DNA of 64,000 bases, from positions 44,764,001-44,828,000 of the forward strand of contig NC_043007.1 in the NCBI RefSeq assembly GCF_006345805.1, given 5' to 3'. This DNA comes from Octopus sinensis (taxonomy: Eukaryota). The notes below the pieces were generated by a model. It searched no databases. It was not told the origin of the DNA and saw nothing but the letters and a program-made list of their open reading frames with translations. A program made the position numbers and the translations under genes. This document shows positions 26,361-39,019 of this stretch, in pieces. Positions within the stretch are counted from its first letter, which is position 1. Every line of letters starts with the position of its first letter.

Positions 26361-29300
26361 CCTTTATTGCTCAAACATGAAATACTAACTTCTCTTTAGT
26401 TCCTGCTTTTTCTTGTCTTACAAATAATAGCTCTTGAACCAAATGTTAATCTTCAACAAAACAAACATAAACAAGAAACATACTGTTATTGTTCGACAAA
26501 GGGGACACAACTAATTGTAAGCTAAATTTGGTTATGTTATAGTATTTCACAATTTGAAACACTTGTGATATGCATTTTTAGAGAAAAATTTCATACTTCA
26601 ACCTCTTTGTTTTAATATCTACCATAAAAATCCTACTAAAAAACAAAACAAAAACCCACAAAGGAATGAGAAATTTTGATTTATGCATTCTTTTATTTCT
26701 TATCCTTTAATTGTTTCAGTCATTTGACTGCAGTCATGATTGCCTTTTCAAAATTTTTTCTATAAAAATATAGACTATAAGTATTTCAAAATGTGGAATA
26801 CTACATGATGTGGCTAGTGTTCTAAAAATATGATGATGGTATGGGTAGATATTTAAAAATATGTGGAATAAAAAGTTTTAAAAAAAGTTGCTTTGCAAGT
26901 GTTTTGAAATATGGGATACTATAAAATGTGGCAAAACCTTGAAAAAAGAAATAAAAAAAAGAAATTGTGATTTATGTAAGACAGCTATTCTAAAAGCCTG
27001 ACAAATATAAATGTATTTTAAAAAAAATTTGTAATGATAAAGTTTCTAAAACATTTGAAAAAATTGTGGAAAACATTAAAAACACAAAAAATCAGTCTGC
27101 TTAAATGTTGAGCTCTAGTTAGGACTCCACGATAATAACATGTACTCATATGATACTCTGCCAATTCTAAAGCATAATTATTATAGTAACTTATATTTCT
27201 AATAATGTTATTTTAATCAATGTATGGATCTTTTGTCTCGGGCCTATTATTTAAAACAAATGTACAGAGATAAATACTGAAGTTTTATTCTGAAAATTTA
27301 CAAATTATTGAAATTACTGGAAAATTTATCAAATTATTGAAAACTAATTTCACTTAGAAATATTGATCAATCTAAGGCTGTAGTAAAAAAAACACTTGAT
27401 CAAAGTGCGATGCCTTGGGACTGAACTCAAAACCACATAGTTGCCAAGCGAACTGCTTAACTATCCACCACACTGCACCTGATCTATAATACACATTTCT
27501 TTAATTGTTACAGATACTTAAAACAGTAGAATATATTTTATGCTTGAGGAATTACTTCTCTTAACTTTCAATAAGTACTGTGTGTTGTTGTGTTATAATA
27601 TTGACCAGCAATTGTTGTATGAATTGTTGATGTATTCTAGATGTATCCTAGTGGAATGGTGGCATTGGTATTGTTGGACAAAATTATCAATGCATAAGTA
27701 AATACTATGTTGGATTTTGTACAACATTATCAATTCTACAATTCTGCAAGAAGACATCATACACAACACCAACAAATCATTTTAATATAGTTCCCACCCA
27801 GTTTCACTCATAAGGCTTGTGCTAATCTGAGGTTATAGTAAAATATAAGACACTTGCCTAAGATACTGTATGGTAAGACTGTACTCGGAACCTTATGGGT
27901 AAAGTAGACTTGCTTCAGGTATACAAGTATTGTATTTTTTGTTAAGTATATGAATGTATGTAAATTGGAAGTAAGAATATGGTTTTGTGATGTGTTCATT
28001 GAATACATTTTCACTGTTTTTAACTCTTGGTCAGTCTTGATGAAGCAGACTTATAAAAGTGTTTTAACTGTGACTATCCTGTGTCTCCTTAATTAGTGTA
28101 TCCTGTACTATGTTATCTAGTATATCTTTCATTTTTTTTAAGATGATAGGGTGTGATATAAAGAAGATTTAGCTGTTGTTACTAGTAGTTACATAGTCTC
28201 TTTCATTAGCTCCTAAGGGAAGCTTATTATATAACAGTTTATAGCATGGGGGAGGATGGAGAAAGAGAGAAAGATGTATGTTCAGTCTCTGTATTTTGGG
28301 TGTGAGATTATTCCTGATGAATATGTATTTGTATGTTTAATCAGTTGTACTCATAATGTGGGAGTGTGTTTGTACATATAAATATATTGATATACATCTA
28401 CATTATGTATGTTTCTCACATGTATTTACAGGAGTATATATTGTGTTAATAAAGAAAACCTCATTATCAATGGAATGTATGAATAAAGATATACAGACAA
28501 TATTGAAATTACTTTTATGCATTTTCACTTGTTTGATGGTGTGTGTGTATTGTATTAACCTTTCATCCTCCCTCGGGAATAGCACAATAAAGAAAGATAG
28601 AGAAAGAGAATGATAGCCCTACATCAAGATATATATATATCTTAATAGAGAGGGAGGGAGGAAAGTAATAGTGATGATGGCAGCAGTACATTTGTGTTAT
28701 GTCAAACTTTTGGTTTTTAGTCCTCTTTCACTATTTAACTCTTCTCTATGTCTGTTTGTCTCTTGCTTAGAGGTATATATTTCTATAAACAGAGATAGAC
28801 AATGAGAGACACATCAAGACAAGGATATGAAATTGAAATTGATCATAGTGGGTGTTTTGACAACTGAACCAAAACAGACTAGGTTGTTGAATTTTTATAT
28901 CATAAAAAAAATTATATATATGTGAAATATGGGAAAGTGAAAGAGAAGAACTAACAACACATAACGAAATACACACTTCATTGCCAACAACTACTTTAGT
29001 GACAACAAATTTAAATCTTGTTTGTGTCTTGATTGAATTTCACCTCCATAGGAACTAAAACTCCTCACTATTACACTTAGCATAATCCATTGTTGGTTTA
29101 TGTTAATGGTCATAGAATTATGCCCGAACTCATGTCAGTGCATCAGAGAAGAATTTCATTTTCTTAGTTATCTAGTGTATCGTTACAATAAATGACAGAC
29201 ATGTCTGTTTCAAGATTCTAACTGTAATGTACTAAGGTGGTTTAGAACATTAATTCCTATTTACCTACATAGGTGTATCAATAATATATCTCTGTGTAAT

Positions 29301-29749
29301 AACAGCTGATATAATAATGTTGGTTGGTTGATTTCTCCAGCTGTGCTTTATATTGAATAGAGAGACAGGGAGAGGGAAAGAGAGATACAGAGAGAGTTAT
29401 GATTGGAAGTTCAGGATGAGTGCCAATACTTGGCTTGGTGGAAGGCAATAAGTAAAGGTACACTACATGCACACACACCATAAGAAAGAAAGAATCATAG
29501 AGACAGAGGAGAAGGAGTAAATGACAAAATATTTATTGGAGGAGTTATAGAAAAGAGGATTTTGCTTTATTTAATTTTATTTTAAGATGATAAATATTTT
29601 TTCGTTGAAAATTAATATTCACTTCATTTTTTTTGTACAAGAACCAAGAAATTTAATAGAAGTTGAATAATCATTATTGTATGTATGCCACCCAAGGAGG
29701 TAGAAGTATACTTTTACAGATACCAGTCATATGATAGGTTACACTCTAT

Positions 29750-30165
29750 AGGCATGGCTGTGTGGTAAGAAGCTTGCTTCCCAACCACAGGGTTCTGGGT
29801 TCAGTCCCACTGCATGGAACCTTGGGTAAGTGTCTTCTACTATAACCTCAGGTTGACCAAAGCCTTGTGAGTGGATTTAGTAGATGGAAACTGAAAGAAG
29901 CCTGTCGATATATATATATATATATATAATATATATATATATAATGTGTGTGGGTGTGTCTTTGTGTTTATGTTTGTCCCCCCATTACGGCTTGACAACT
30001 GGTGTTGGTGTGTTCATGTCCCCATAACTTAGCGGTTTGGCAAAAGTGACTGATAGAATAAGCGCTGGGCTTACAAAGAATAAGTCCTGGGGTCAATTTG
30101 TTTGACTAAAACCTCTTAAGGTGGTAATCCTGCATGGCTGCAGTCACACGACTGAAACAGGTACA
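29750..30165 (+). mobile_element. SINE family A, full length
   Basis: AGGCATGGCTGTGTGGTAAGAAGCTTGCTTCCCAACCAC... through GACTGAAACAGG. Confidence 0.85.
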
Positions 30166-30203
30166 AGAATGTAGGTCATGTTACTTCAATAGAATTTATC
30201 TCA

Positions 30204-30420
30204 CAAGAGGGTGCTGAAAAGTTTCTGGATTTGAGTAAAAGAAAATAGAGGAGCATCAGTTAATTATGATTTTCTTCAACATATTCCTCTCTCAGATTCA
30301 CACACTTATTGCTATGGTTGTTCAGTTTTTCTCAACCCTGTAGTAGAACTCAGAAGTTTGGGCCTCCAACCAGGCCTTTTGTGATACCCTTAAAGCCAGG
30401 AACTTTTCAGCTATCGCTTG
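30204..30420. mobile_element. Mariner-type MITE
   Basis: Inverted ends CAAGAGGGTGCTGAAAAGTTTCTGG / CCAGGAACTTTTCAGCTATCGCTTG, TA on the right flank. Confidence 0.7.
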
Positions 30421-30555
30421 TATGTATGCATGCCTACCTTACCTATCTATCTTGCTGTTTTCCTATCTCTCTCTCTCTCCCACTCTCTGTCCCTCCATCC
30501 ATCTGTCCATCCATTTATCCATCCGTCCATCTATTTATCCATCTGAATGTATATT

Positions 30556-30600
<45 letters not shown>

Positions 30601-30639
30601 ATGTATATATAGCACAATTCGAGCGTGATCGTTACCTGC

Positions 30640-30985
30640 ATTGCTTTACTGGCGCTTGTGCTGGTGGCACGTGAAAAAACATTCGAGCAAGGTCGTTGCC
30701 AGTGCTGCTGGACTGGCTCCTGTACAGGTGGGTGGTATGTAAAAAACATCATTTGAGCATGGCCGTTGCCAGTACCGCCTGACTGGCACTCGTGCCGGTG
30801 GCATGTAAAAGCACCCACTACACTCTCAGAGTGGTTGCTGTTAGGAAGAGCATCCAGCTGTAGAAACTCTGCCAGATCAGATTGGAACTTGGTGCAGCCA
30901 TCTGGTTTGCGAGTCCTCAGTCAAATCGTTCAATCCATGCTAGTATGGAAAGCGGACGTTATACGATGATGATGATGATGATGAT
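30640..30985 (+). mobile_element. RTE 3' tail copy
   Basis: Same family as 20625, with (GAT)n tail. Confidence 0.8.
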
Positions 30986-31007
30986 ATATGTATGTATATA
31001 TATATAT

Positions 31008-31039
<32 letters not shown>

Positions 31040-31477
31040 TACATTTATCTATCCGAATGTATATTTGTATATATATATATATAGCGCAATTTGAGTGTGA
31101 TCGTTACCAACATTGCCTTACTGGCATGCAAAAAACATCATTTGGGCATGATAGTATATATATATATATATATATATATACTAGCAGAGATACCTGGCCT
31201 TTGGGATTAAAATGGCATAGTTGTTTTTATTGTTTTACTTGTTTCAGTCGTGTGACTGTGGCCATGCTTCAGCACCGCCATTGGTCGAACAAATTGACCA
31301 CAGGATTTATTTTTTGTCAGCATAGTACTTATTTTATCAGTGTGTTTTGCAGAACCGCTAAGTTATGGGAATGTAAACACAGCAACATCAGTTTTCAAGC
31401 AATGATGAGGGTACAAACACAAACCACACACACATACACAAATATACACCAGTCTTCTTTCAGTTTCTGTGTACATA

Positions 31478-31815
31478 TATCATCATCATCATCGTTTAAC
31501 ATCCGTTTTCCGCGCTAGCATGGGTTGGACGGTTCGACCGGGGTCTGGGAAGACAGGGGCTGCACCAGGCTCCAGTCTGATCTGGCAGAGTTTCTACAGC
31601 TGGATGCCCTTCCTAACGCCAACCACTCCGCGAGTGTAGTGGGTGCCTTTTACGTGCCACATGCACAGGTGCCAGGGGGGTCCGGCATCGGCCACGATCG
31701 GTTGGAGCTTTTAATGTGCCACCGGCATGGGAGCCAGCCAAGGCGGCGCTGGCAACGGCCATGTTCGGATGGTGCTTTTTATGTGCCACTGGCACAGAAG
31801 CCAGTCGGGGCGGAA
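31478..31815 (-). mobile_element. RTE 3' tail copy
   Basis: Reverse-complement copy, CpG largely retained (young). Confidence 0.8.
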
Positions 31816-32033
31816 TGAGATAAAAAAATCCAAGGCTGTGAATAATTTTCAGAGCATTTATAAAGAGAAGTTCTTACAACTGTTTCCAGGATATTTTATA
31901 TTTCCCTTCATCAGAGATGGTGTGAGAAAATGTTTAAGTAATAGTTATTATAGATAAGGTATTAAATACAGAGGGAGTGGAAGAATGAAAAGAGAAGTGA
32001 GATACATAAGGATATCCATATAAATATATATAT

Positions 32034-32075
<42 letters not shown>

Positions 32076-32438
32076 CAATTGCAGCATGGAAGGTGTTTAT
32101 AAGCCATTTAAGAAACACACAAAACCGTTAGATTCACTTCAACATTTAAATTTAATTTGTCAAATATTTTCATCACTTTGAGACTGCGACCTGTTCATAT
32201 AAGGTCATTTCCTTAATTTTATTCGAACACATAAGACAGCTATTATGCTTACTCCCCACAAAGAACCACCACGTGGATTCTGTTGAGACCAGTAAGAAAC
32301 AATTATGAACTTTTTTATTACACTTTTTAAAATATTTTTGATAAGGTTTGTCTTTTCAAGAAGAACCGAAACATGTAAAATTTCTAAGAAAATTAAAATT
32401 TATCTTATATAGTGGCGTTTTCAAACTTCTTTTTTTTT

Positions 32439-32469
<31 letters not shown>

Positions 32470-32559
32470 TCTTTTACACAGTTACATGTTTCAGTAATTT
32501 GAGTGTGGTCATGCTGGAGCACCAGCTTCTAACTGAAGAAATTGACCCCTGATCTGGCA

Positions 32560-32975
32560 AGTAATGTGAGATTACAGCTGTAGCCAACACCAGTGTTGCA
32601 TATCCAGCCCATTAAAAAAGTACCTTTGAATCATTGGGTAACATGCCATACTTGAGGAGACATATTGAGTCAAGTAAAATCAAAATCAAATGGAAATTGT
32701 AGTTGTGGCCAATGCCAGTGCTGTCTGACTGGCTCCTGTGCTGGTGGCACATGGGTTGCTGCCAGTGGTGTCTGATGGGCTCCCGTAGGTTGAAGATGCC
32801 CCTGTACATCTGCCGCACACGTAAAAAACACTCAGTACACTCTCGGAGTGGTTGGCATTAAGAAGGGCATCCAGCTGTAGAAACATTGCCAGATTAGATT
32901 GGAGCCTGGTGTGGCCTCCTGGCTTGCCAGTCCTATCCATGCCAGCATGGAAAACGAATGTTAAACAATGATGAT
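32560..32975 (+). mobile_element. RTE 3' tail copy
   Basis: Same tail. Further copies or fragments near 7960, 11090, 11370, 23360, 23560, 45100, 47860, 48530, 52770, 56740, 63240. Confidence 0.7.
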
Positions 32976-33052
32976 GATATACACACACACTTATACGCAC
33001 ACATATCCATACATATATATATATATATACACATATATACATATATATATAC

Positions 33053-33106
<54 letters not shown>

Positions 33107-33207
33107 ATATATACATAAATATATACACATATATACTTATATATATATACACATTATATACATGCATATACATATGTACATACAAACATACATAAATATA
33201 CATATAT

Positions 33208-33254
<47 letters not shown>

Positions 33255-33256
<2 letters not shown>

Positions 33257-33492
33257 TTGACCAACCAGTCCGCCAGGCGTCCATTTGACACCGCTGGTCA
33301 CAGCACGCTGTCCACTCCTCTCCAGATCGCATCTTTCTCATCCACGTGATCCCAATTGTACTCCGAAAATTGTAGCTCCACTGTCGTGGTGGTCTTCCGG
33401 GTGGTCTTTTCCGCTCGCGTGGGTACCACTGCACGTCAATCGGGCCACACCATTATGGCGGAGTACAACTCGAGCGATGAGAGGCTGCTAAG
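33255..33492 (-). mobile_element. RTE-clade LINE 3' fragment (second RTE family)
   Basis: [18 protein letters not shown], the typical C-terminal end of an RTE ORF. Confidence 0.8.
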
Positions 33493-33608
33493 ATATATAT
33501 ATATATATATATATATGTTTGTTTGTGTGTGTGTATATATATATATAATATATATATATATACACACAGAAACAAACATATATATATATATATATGTTTG
33601 TTTCTGTC

Positions 33609-33656
<48 letters not shown>

Positions 33657-33660
33657 AACA

Positions 33661-33703
<43 letters not shown>

Positions 33704-33909
33704 TAGCAGCCTCTCATCGCTCGAGTTGTACTCCGCCATAATGGAGTGGCCGATTGACGTGCAGTGGTACCCACGCGAGCGGAAAAGACCACCCGGAAGA
33801 CCTCCATATATATATATATATTATGTTTGTTTGTGTGTGTGTATATATATATATATATGTATATACACACACACACAACAAACATATATATATATATATA
33901 TATGTTTGT

Positions 33910-33955
<46 letters not shown>

Positions 33956-34052
33956 AACAAACACATATATATATATATATATATATAATTATGTTTGTCT
34001 GTGTGTGTGTCTGTGTAATATATATATATATATATGTTTGTCTGTGTGTGTG

Positions 34053-34094
<42 letters not shown>

Positions 34095-34110
34095 TTGTTT
34101 GTGTGTGTTG

Positions 34111-34152
<42 letters not shown>

Positions 34153-34203
34153 TGTTTGTGTGTGTGTCTGTATATATATATATATATATATATTATGTTT
34201 GTT

Positions 34204-34250
<47 letters not shown>
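33493..34250. repeat. Compound (TA)n / TGTTTGTTTGTGTG minisatellite with orientation flips
   Basis: Modules ATATGTTTGTTTGTGTGTG and CACACACAAACAAACATAT alternate between (TA)n runs. Confidence 0.85.
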
Positions 34251-34253
<3 letters not shown>

Positions 34254-34392
34254 CAATGAATTTTCTTGGAATAAGTTTAGCTTAAAATACATTTATGCAC
34301 TTAAGTTTATAGGTATAAAAAGTTAATTCACTTATAACATTTGAATTAAGGCAGTAATATACACACCTGTAGTAGGGTGTGTCTCACTTGAC

Positions 34393-34483
34393 ATTTATTT
34401 GCTCACAGGTGAGAACAAATGAATGTAGGCTGAAGAATAATTTTGCAGTCTCTATATTTACGTCATTCACTTGTTTAGGTGAG
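34393..34483 (+). other. Candidate recursive splice site (AG|GT) with 69-nt RS-exon 34409-34477
   Basis: CTTGAC (branch-like) ATTTATTTGCTCACAG|GTGAGA, then a second donor TTTAG|GTGAGG at 34478, inside the predicted 42-kb intron. Confidence 0.4.
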
Positions 34484-34934
34484 GTGACTCATTTTTTTAT
34501 TATTTGTACATTTGTTAATCTTACCATATCACCCTATAGTTGATAAATACAGGAACAACATGCATGTTTATTGTACAGAGAAATATACTGAAATCAGTGG
34601 TGATAAGGATAGAGTACTGAGAATTGTTAACAATGATTTGCTTAAAGTATGATGACTAATAATAGAGTATTGAAGGTAGTCACTTGTGTTTTGTATGGAG
34701 TACAATGAATGAAGGTAGATACTGAGGACAGTTAGTTTTCTTGTCTATTAGAGTACAGTGAATAAAATTAGAGTACTGACGTCTGTCAGCCGTGTCATAT
34801 GTAAGTAAATAGGAACTGAAAAGAATATTTATTGTTATACTATGCATTCACAATGAAATATCCCTCATATATCCTTCAACCATCTTAGAGAAAAAAGGGA
34901 CGTATACAGTAATGTGGTCCTGGATGTACTATTG

Positions 34935-35053
34935 GATGTATATATACATATGTATATATATATATTATATATATATATGTCTGTGTGTATATATAAATGT
35001 ATATATATGTGTATATACATGTGTATATATGTATATACATGTATATAGATGTG

Positions 35054-35085
<32 letters not shown>

Positions 35086-35310
35086 TATATACACATATAT
35101 ATATATATATTATATATATATATATATACACATCATCATCATCATCATACATGTATATATGTATATGTATACACATGTACATATATATATATGTATGTAT
35201 GTATATATATATGTATGTATGTATATATATATATACATACATATATATGTACATACATGTATGTATATATACATATGTACATACATGTATATATATATAT
35301 ACATATGTAC
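34935..35310. repeat. (TA)n/(TATG)n compound microsatellite
   Basis: Seen directly. Similar tracts at 786-851, 4798-4918, 13812-13985, 19528-19758, 21470-21640, 32985-33255, 36760-37060. Confidence 0.9.
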
Positions 35311-35600
35311 GGTAGATGAATAGGTGACTGGCAGGTTTCCTGAAGATAGTGTTACAAACCATAAGATCATTTGCATCACAAAATTCCTGCAGCCTGGTTC
35401 CTTCCTCATTGTGGGAACCGAAACCATAGGCTCCATGTACACCTTGGAATCCGCCTGCATGTTGTCCATCATGCCCATTGAAGTCACCAGCCTCAAAGAG
35501 AAGGTCCCTGTCATTTGTTGACGAGGTAGTCTGCAAGAGGGTGCCATAAAATCGGTCTTTCTGTCCATCAGGTAGCCCCGGCTGGGGGCATAGGCCAAGA
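35310..35600 (-). mobile_element. RTE-clade LINE, APE endonuclease fragment
   Basis: [50 protein letters not shown]. Confidence 0.88.
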
Positions 35601-36057
35601 TGATGGTTGCTAACCCATGATGCAGCAGTAATCTAATCTTAAGTATTCTATCACAGACTCGGACTATCTCGATTACCTTATCAACCTATATCTCTGCAAG
35701 AAGTATACCCATGCCCACATCAGTGTTCTCTGCCCAGAATATCTTATACCTATGTATAAATCTTATACCCTAAGTAGGGAAGGGTTGGTGGGGCATAAGC
35801 CTTTAGAAGTGTTCATGGGAGACATCCGGTAGAGGTCAGAGGATAGAGATTTCCAGTACAGGTGGTAGGGGCGGGAGGGCAGGCACAGTGCGAAACAGCA
35901 AGGACTCAAGTTGCTGGTGTCAGAGAATATTAATAATAATGAGATGTATTGGGCATTTGAAAATCTTAACTAGAGCTATAACCAAGAGCTTTTGGTCAGC
36001 GAAACTGTGACAAAATTAAATAAATGAATGTGAGAGGGGGAATATATTGTTTATGTG

Positions 36058-36104
<47 letters not shown>

Positions 36105-36164
36105 TATATATATTTTTATATATTGTATATGTGTTATATATATATAAGATATATATATATACAT

Positions 36165-36248
36165 TATTTACATTTGACGGATACTTGTCCTCATCTTGTT
36201 TGTTGTTAACACAACGTTTCGGCTGATATACCCTCCAGCCTTCATCAG
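36165..36248 (-). ncRNA. Minimal type I hammerhead ribozyme core (PLE-associated), stem I broken
   Basis: CUGAUGA-A-GGCUG(10 nt)CAGCC-GAAA-CGUU-GUGUU at 36248-36208; the 5' strand of stem I is replaced at a junction. Confidence 0.6.
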
Positions 36249-37269
36249 TACTCAAGTTGCTGGTGACAGAATATTATGATAATAGTGAGATAGAATTGGG
36301 AATTTGAAAATCTTAACTAGAGCTATAACCAAGACCTCATGACCCCAAAATCACCCCCACCCCCGCCCGAAGGCTAGAGGGTAGGTAAATCAGCTGAAAT
36401 GTGTTAACAGCAAACAAGATGAGGATAAATAGCCGTCAAATGTAAGTAAGGTAAATAATGTACATAATACCTCATCTCTTAAATATAGAACTATATATAT
36501 TGTATATGTGTTATAGATAATATGTATATTGTATATTCTGTTTCGTCTGGGGGTGAGTCATTCTCTTTTAGTATGCCTTATAATTTAACACACTCACTGG
36601 TAAAGTTTCCACTCATTTACTTATTTATTTTTCTAAAATGTTCGTTGTGTCTTGCAACCTTCTCAATAGTTGTTGACTCTGCCCATCATCCAAGCTGCAT
36701 TGTTATTGTTCATTTGTGTGCACGTGTGGGGGTCACTGTATGTGCATACACATGTATGTATGTATTTATGCATGCATATAAGTGTGTATGCATGCATGTA
36801 TGTGTGTGTGTGTATGTATATATGTATGTGTATACGTTTTTATGTATGTATTCTGCATATTCATGTGTTTGTGTGTTTGTCATTTTGTGTTTTTATGTGT
36901 GTGTGTGTTTGTTTGCATGTGTCTGTGTACATGTCTGAGTGTGTCTGTGTGTGTATGGGATCTTGTGACTATGTACTGTGTCTATGTATGGATGTATATC
37001 CCCATATGTGTGGATGTGTGTGTCTCCATATGTGTCCTTGTGTGAAGTGTGTGTGTGTATATGGTCATGTGTTTTAGTCTTCATTTGCGTATGTGTGCTT
37101 GTCTGTTCATATTATATATGTCTATCTGTTTACTTTCACATCCTTTTGCCTACATACACGTGCATATACATATACACACACACATCCACATACATCTACA
37201 TAACAGCCCACTAACTATTCTACCTGTATATGAATATAAACTGTGGGTATGGTGGTATGATTACCTACT

Positions 37270-37955
37270 ACGTATATTTCCTATTTAGCACTGGGGATGT
37301 TTCATTTATGAGGACGTACTCCTGTATTTGTCTGAGAGTTGGATCCCTTGGGTGCTTGGATAAAATGCGGAAGTCAAGTTGACCCAGGTTGCCTCCATTT
37401 TGGTTCTTGGCATGTTGGCAGAGTATGGAGGACTGTTTTTTTGTCGTCATATTGTCTCAGATGCTCATTTAGTCATTCTGCAATGCTCCTAGATGTCTCC
37501 TCTATGTATGTCATGTTCATGTCTTTACAAGCACCTTCTATCCATCTTGTGCTAGTGCTACAGTTAATGCCAGAGCTAATCCTACTTACCACGCAGTTAT
37601 CATTGGTGCACGTGGTATTCTCAAAGAGGTATGTCCTACATAGTTGTGATCTGATGGAGTTCCCTGCCTTTTCAACAGTCTTAATGTTGAGTTTAGTCTC
37701 CTTCAGAGCTTTCCTAAATCTACAGGCTAGTTCTCCATGGGCTGTCGCCTCTACAAACATCACTCCTTGATATTTGTCAGTTTTATACCTCGTGTTCACC
37801 CAGTTTGCTTTGTCACAAGCTCTTTATATCCTATTCCAGTCTTTGCTTCAAGATCTAAGGCAGGTACCTCTGGTTTCATTACATATAATATTATCTAACT
37901 TCTTTCTAGCACCCCTGTATACTCAAACCCTATCTTTCTGATCATATCCAAGGTG
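37270..37955 (-). mobile_element. Penelope-like element fragment (end of RT, Cys-rich linker, GIY-YIG endonuclease)
   Basis: MFVEATAHGELA...EKAGNSIRSQL..C..C..C...TYIEETSRSIAE*LNEHLRQY...ILCQHA...RQIQEYVLINETSPVLNRK; PLE-type YIGET..R..EH motif. Confidence 0.85.
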
Positions 37956-38842
37956 GTTGCACCAGCATGGTCGCAGTCTAATGACTGAAACAAGTAAAAA
38001 GGGGTAAAACTGACATATATATTGCCTTATATACTTACAATACTTAACCATCTGTCTGTTGTCACCTGTACTCTGCATGTGAAATATCAGGTAGGAATTA
38101 ATCTCTTTATTAAGATTGCACTGAATTCCATTGTTATTGTCATCATCGTTATGACTAGTATTATTTCTATCATCTTCATCATCATCATTATTATTGTTAT
38201 TATTATGAGGTATTAACCCAGATTACATGTCTTTTCTCCCACACACTCCCTTCCCTTTCTCCCATCATTCTGTTATCTTGCCCTCTCTCTCTCTCATTTT
38301 CCCTCCTTTTCTATCTTTGTTGCCATTAATCTATATTATGGTAACCTGCTCTCTCATTCTTTATCAGTTTCTTTTTTTTTTGTCCTCCTTTATCTCTTTC
38401 TACATATGTTTTGCTACCCTGTCTGCTGTCTTTTGTTACTCTAAGTTTTTCTTTGCTATTCTTTTATACTGTTTCTTTCTTTATCTTCCTCTCCCTCTCT
38501 AGTCTGTCTCTCTATTTCCAACAGTCCCTTGCTCTCCCTTTCTGTATCTTTTGTGAGTGCATGTGCACACACAGAAACATACCCATACACACACTTATGT
38601 ACATGCATATATATATGTATATATAAATGTATGTGTATTTTTTCAATATGTACAAGTAACAGAAAAAATATATAAATAGTTACCAGAGTAGCAAACATTC
38701 ACATAAGTGCCAAGGATGTTACAGCCTACTTATAAAGGTAGAAGTTCCAGAGTTTAGTGAAATGTTTTTGTATAACATAGATAAATTAAGAAATGGTGTT
38801 AAATGAGGGTACTATACTTCTGACTTATGCTTTGATATATAT

Positions 38843-38894
<52 letters not shown>

Positions 38895-39019
38895 CATCAT
38901 CATTTGACATCCACTTTTCCATGCTCTAAGAGAAGTTATGCTTCATGTCGATATTACTGTCTTCAAGTCTCTGGGAAACGTGCTGCTGCATATCCTTTTT
39001 TCTTTGTAGTACACTGAGC

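Noticed and set aside
26700-27100. Possible ~22-nt periodicity (TTTTAAAAA..TGTGG)
   Set aside because: Too degenerate to distinguish from AT-rich low-complexity sequence by eye.
34579-34646. Exon-like KYTEISGDKDRVLRIVNNDLLK
   Set aside because: Ends in phase 0, incompatible with 62449; overlaps a degenerate TAGAGTAC repeat.
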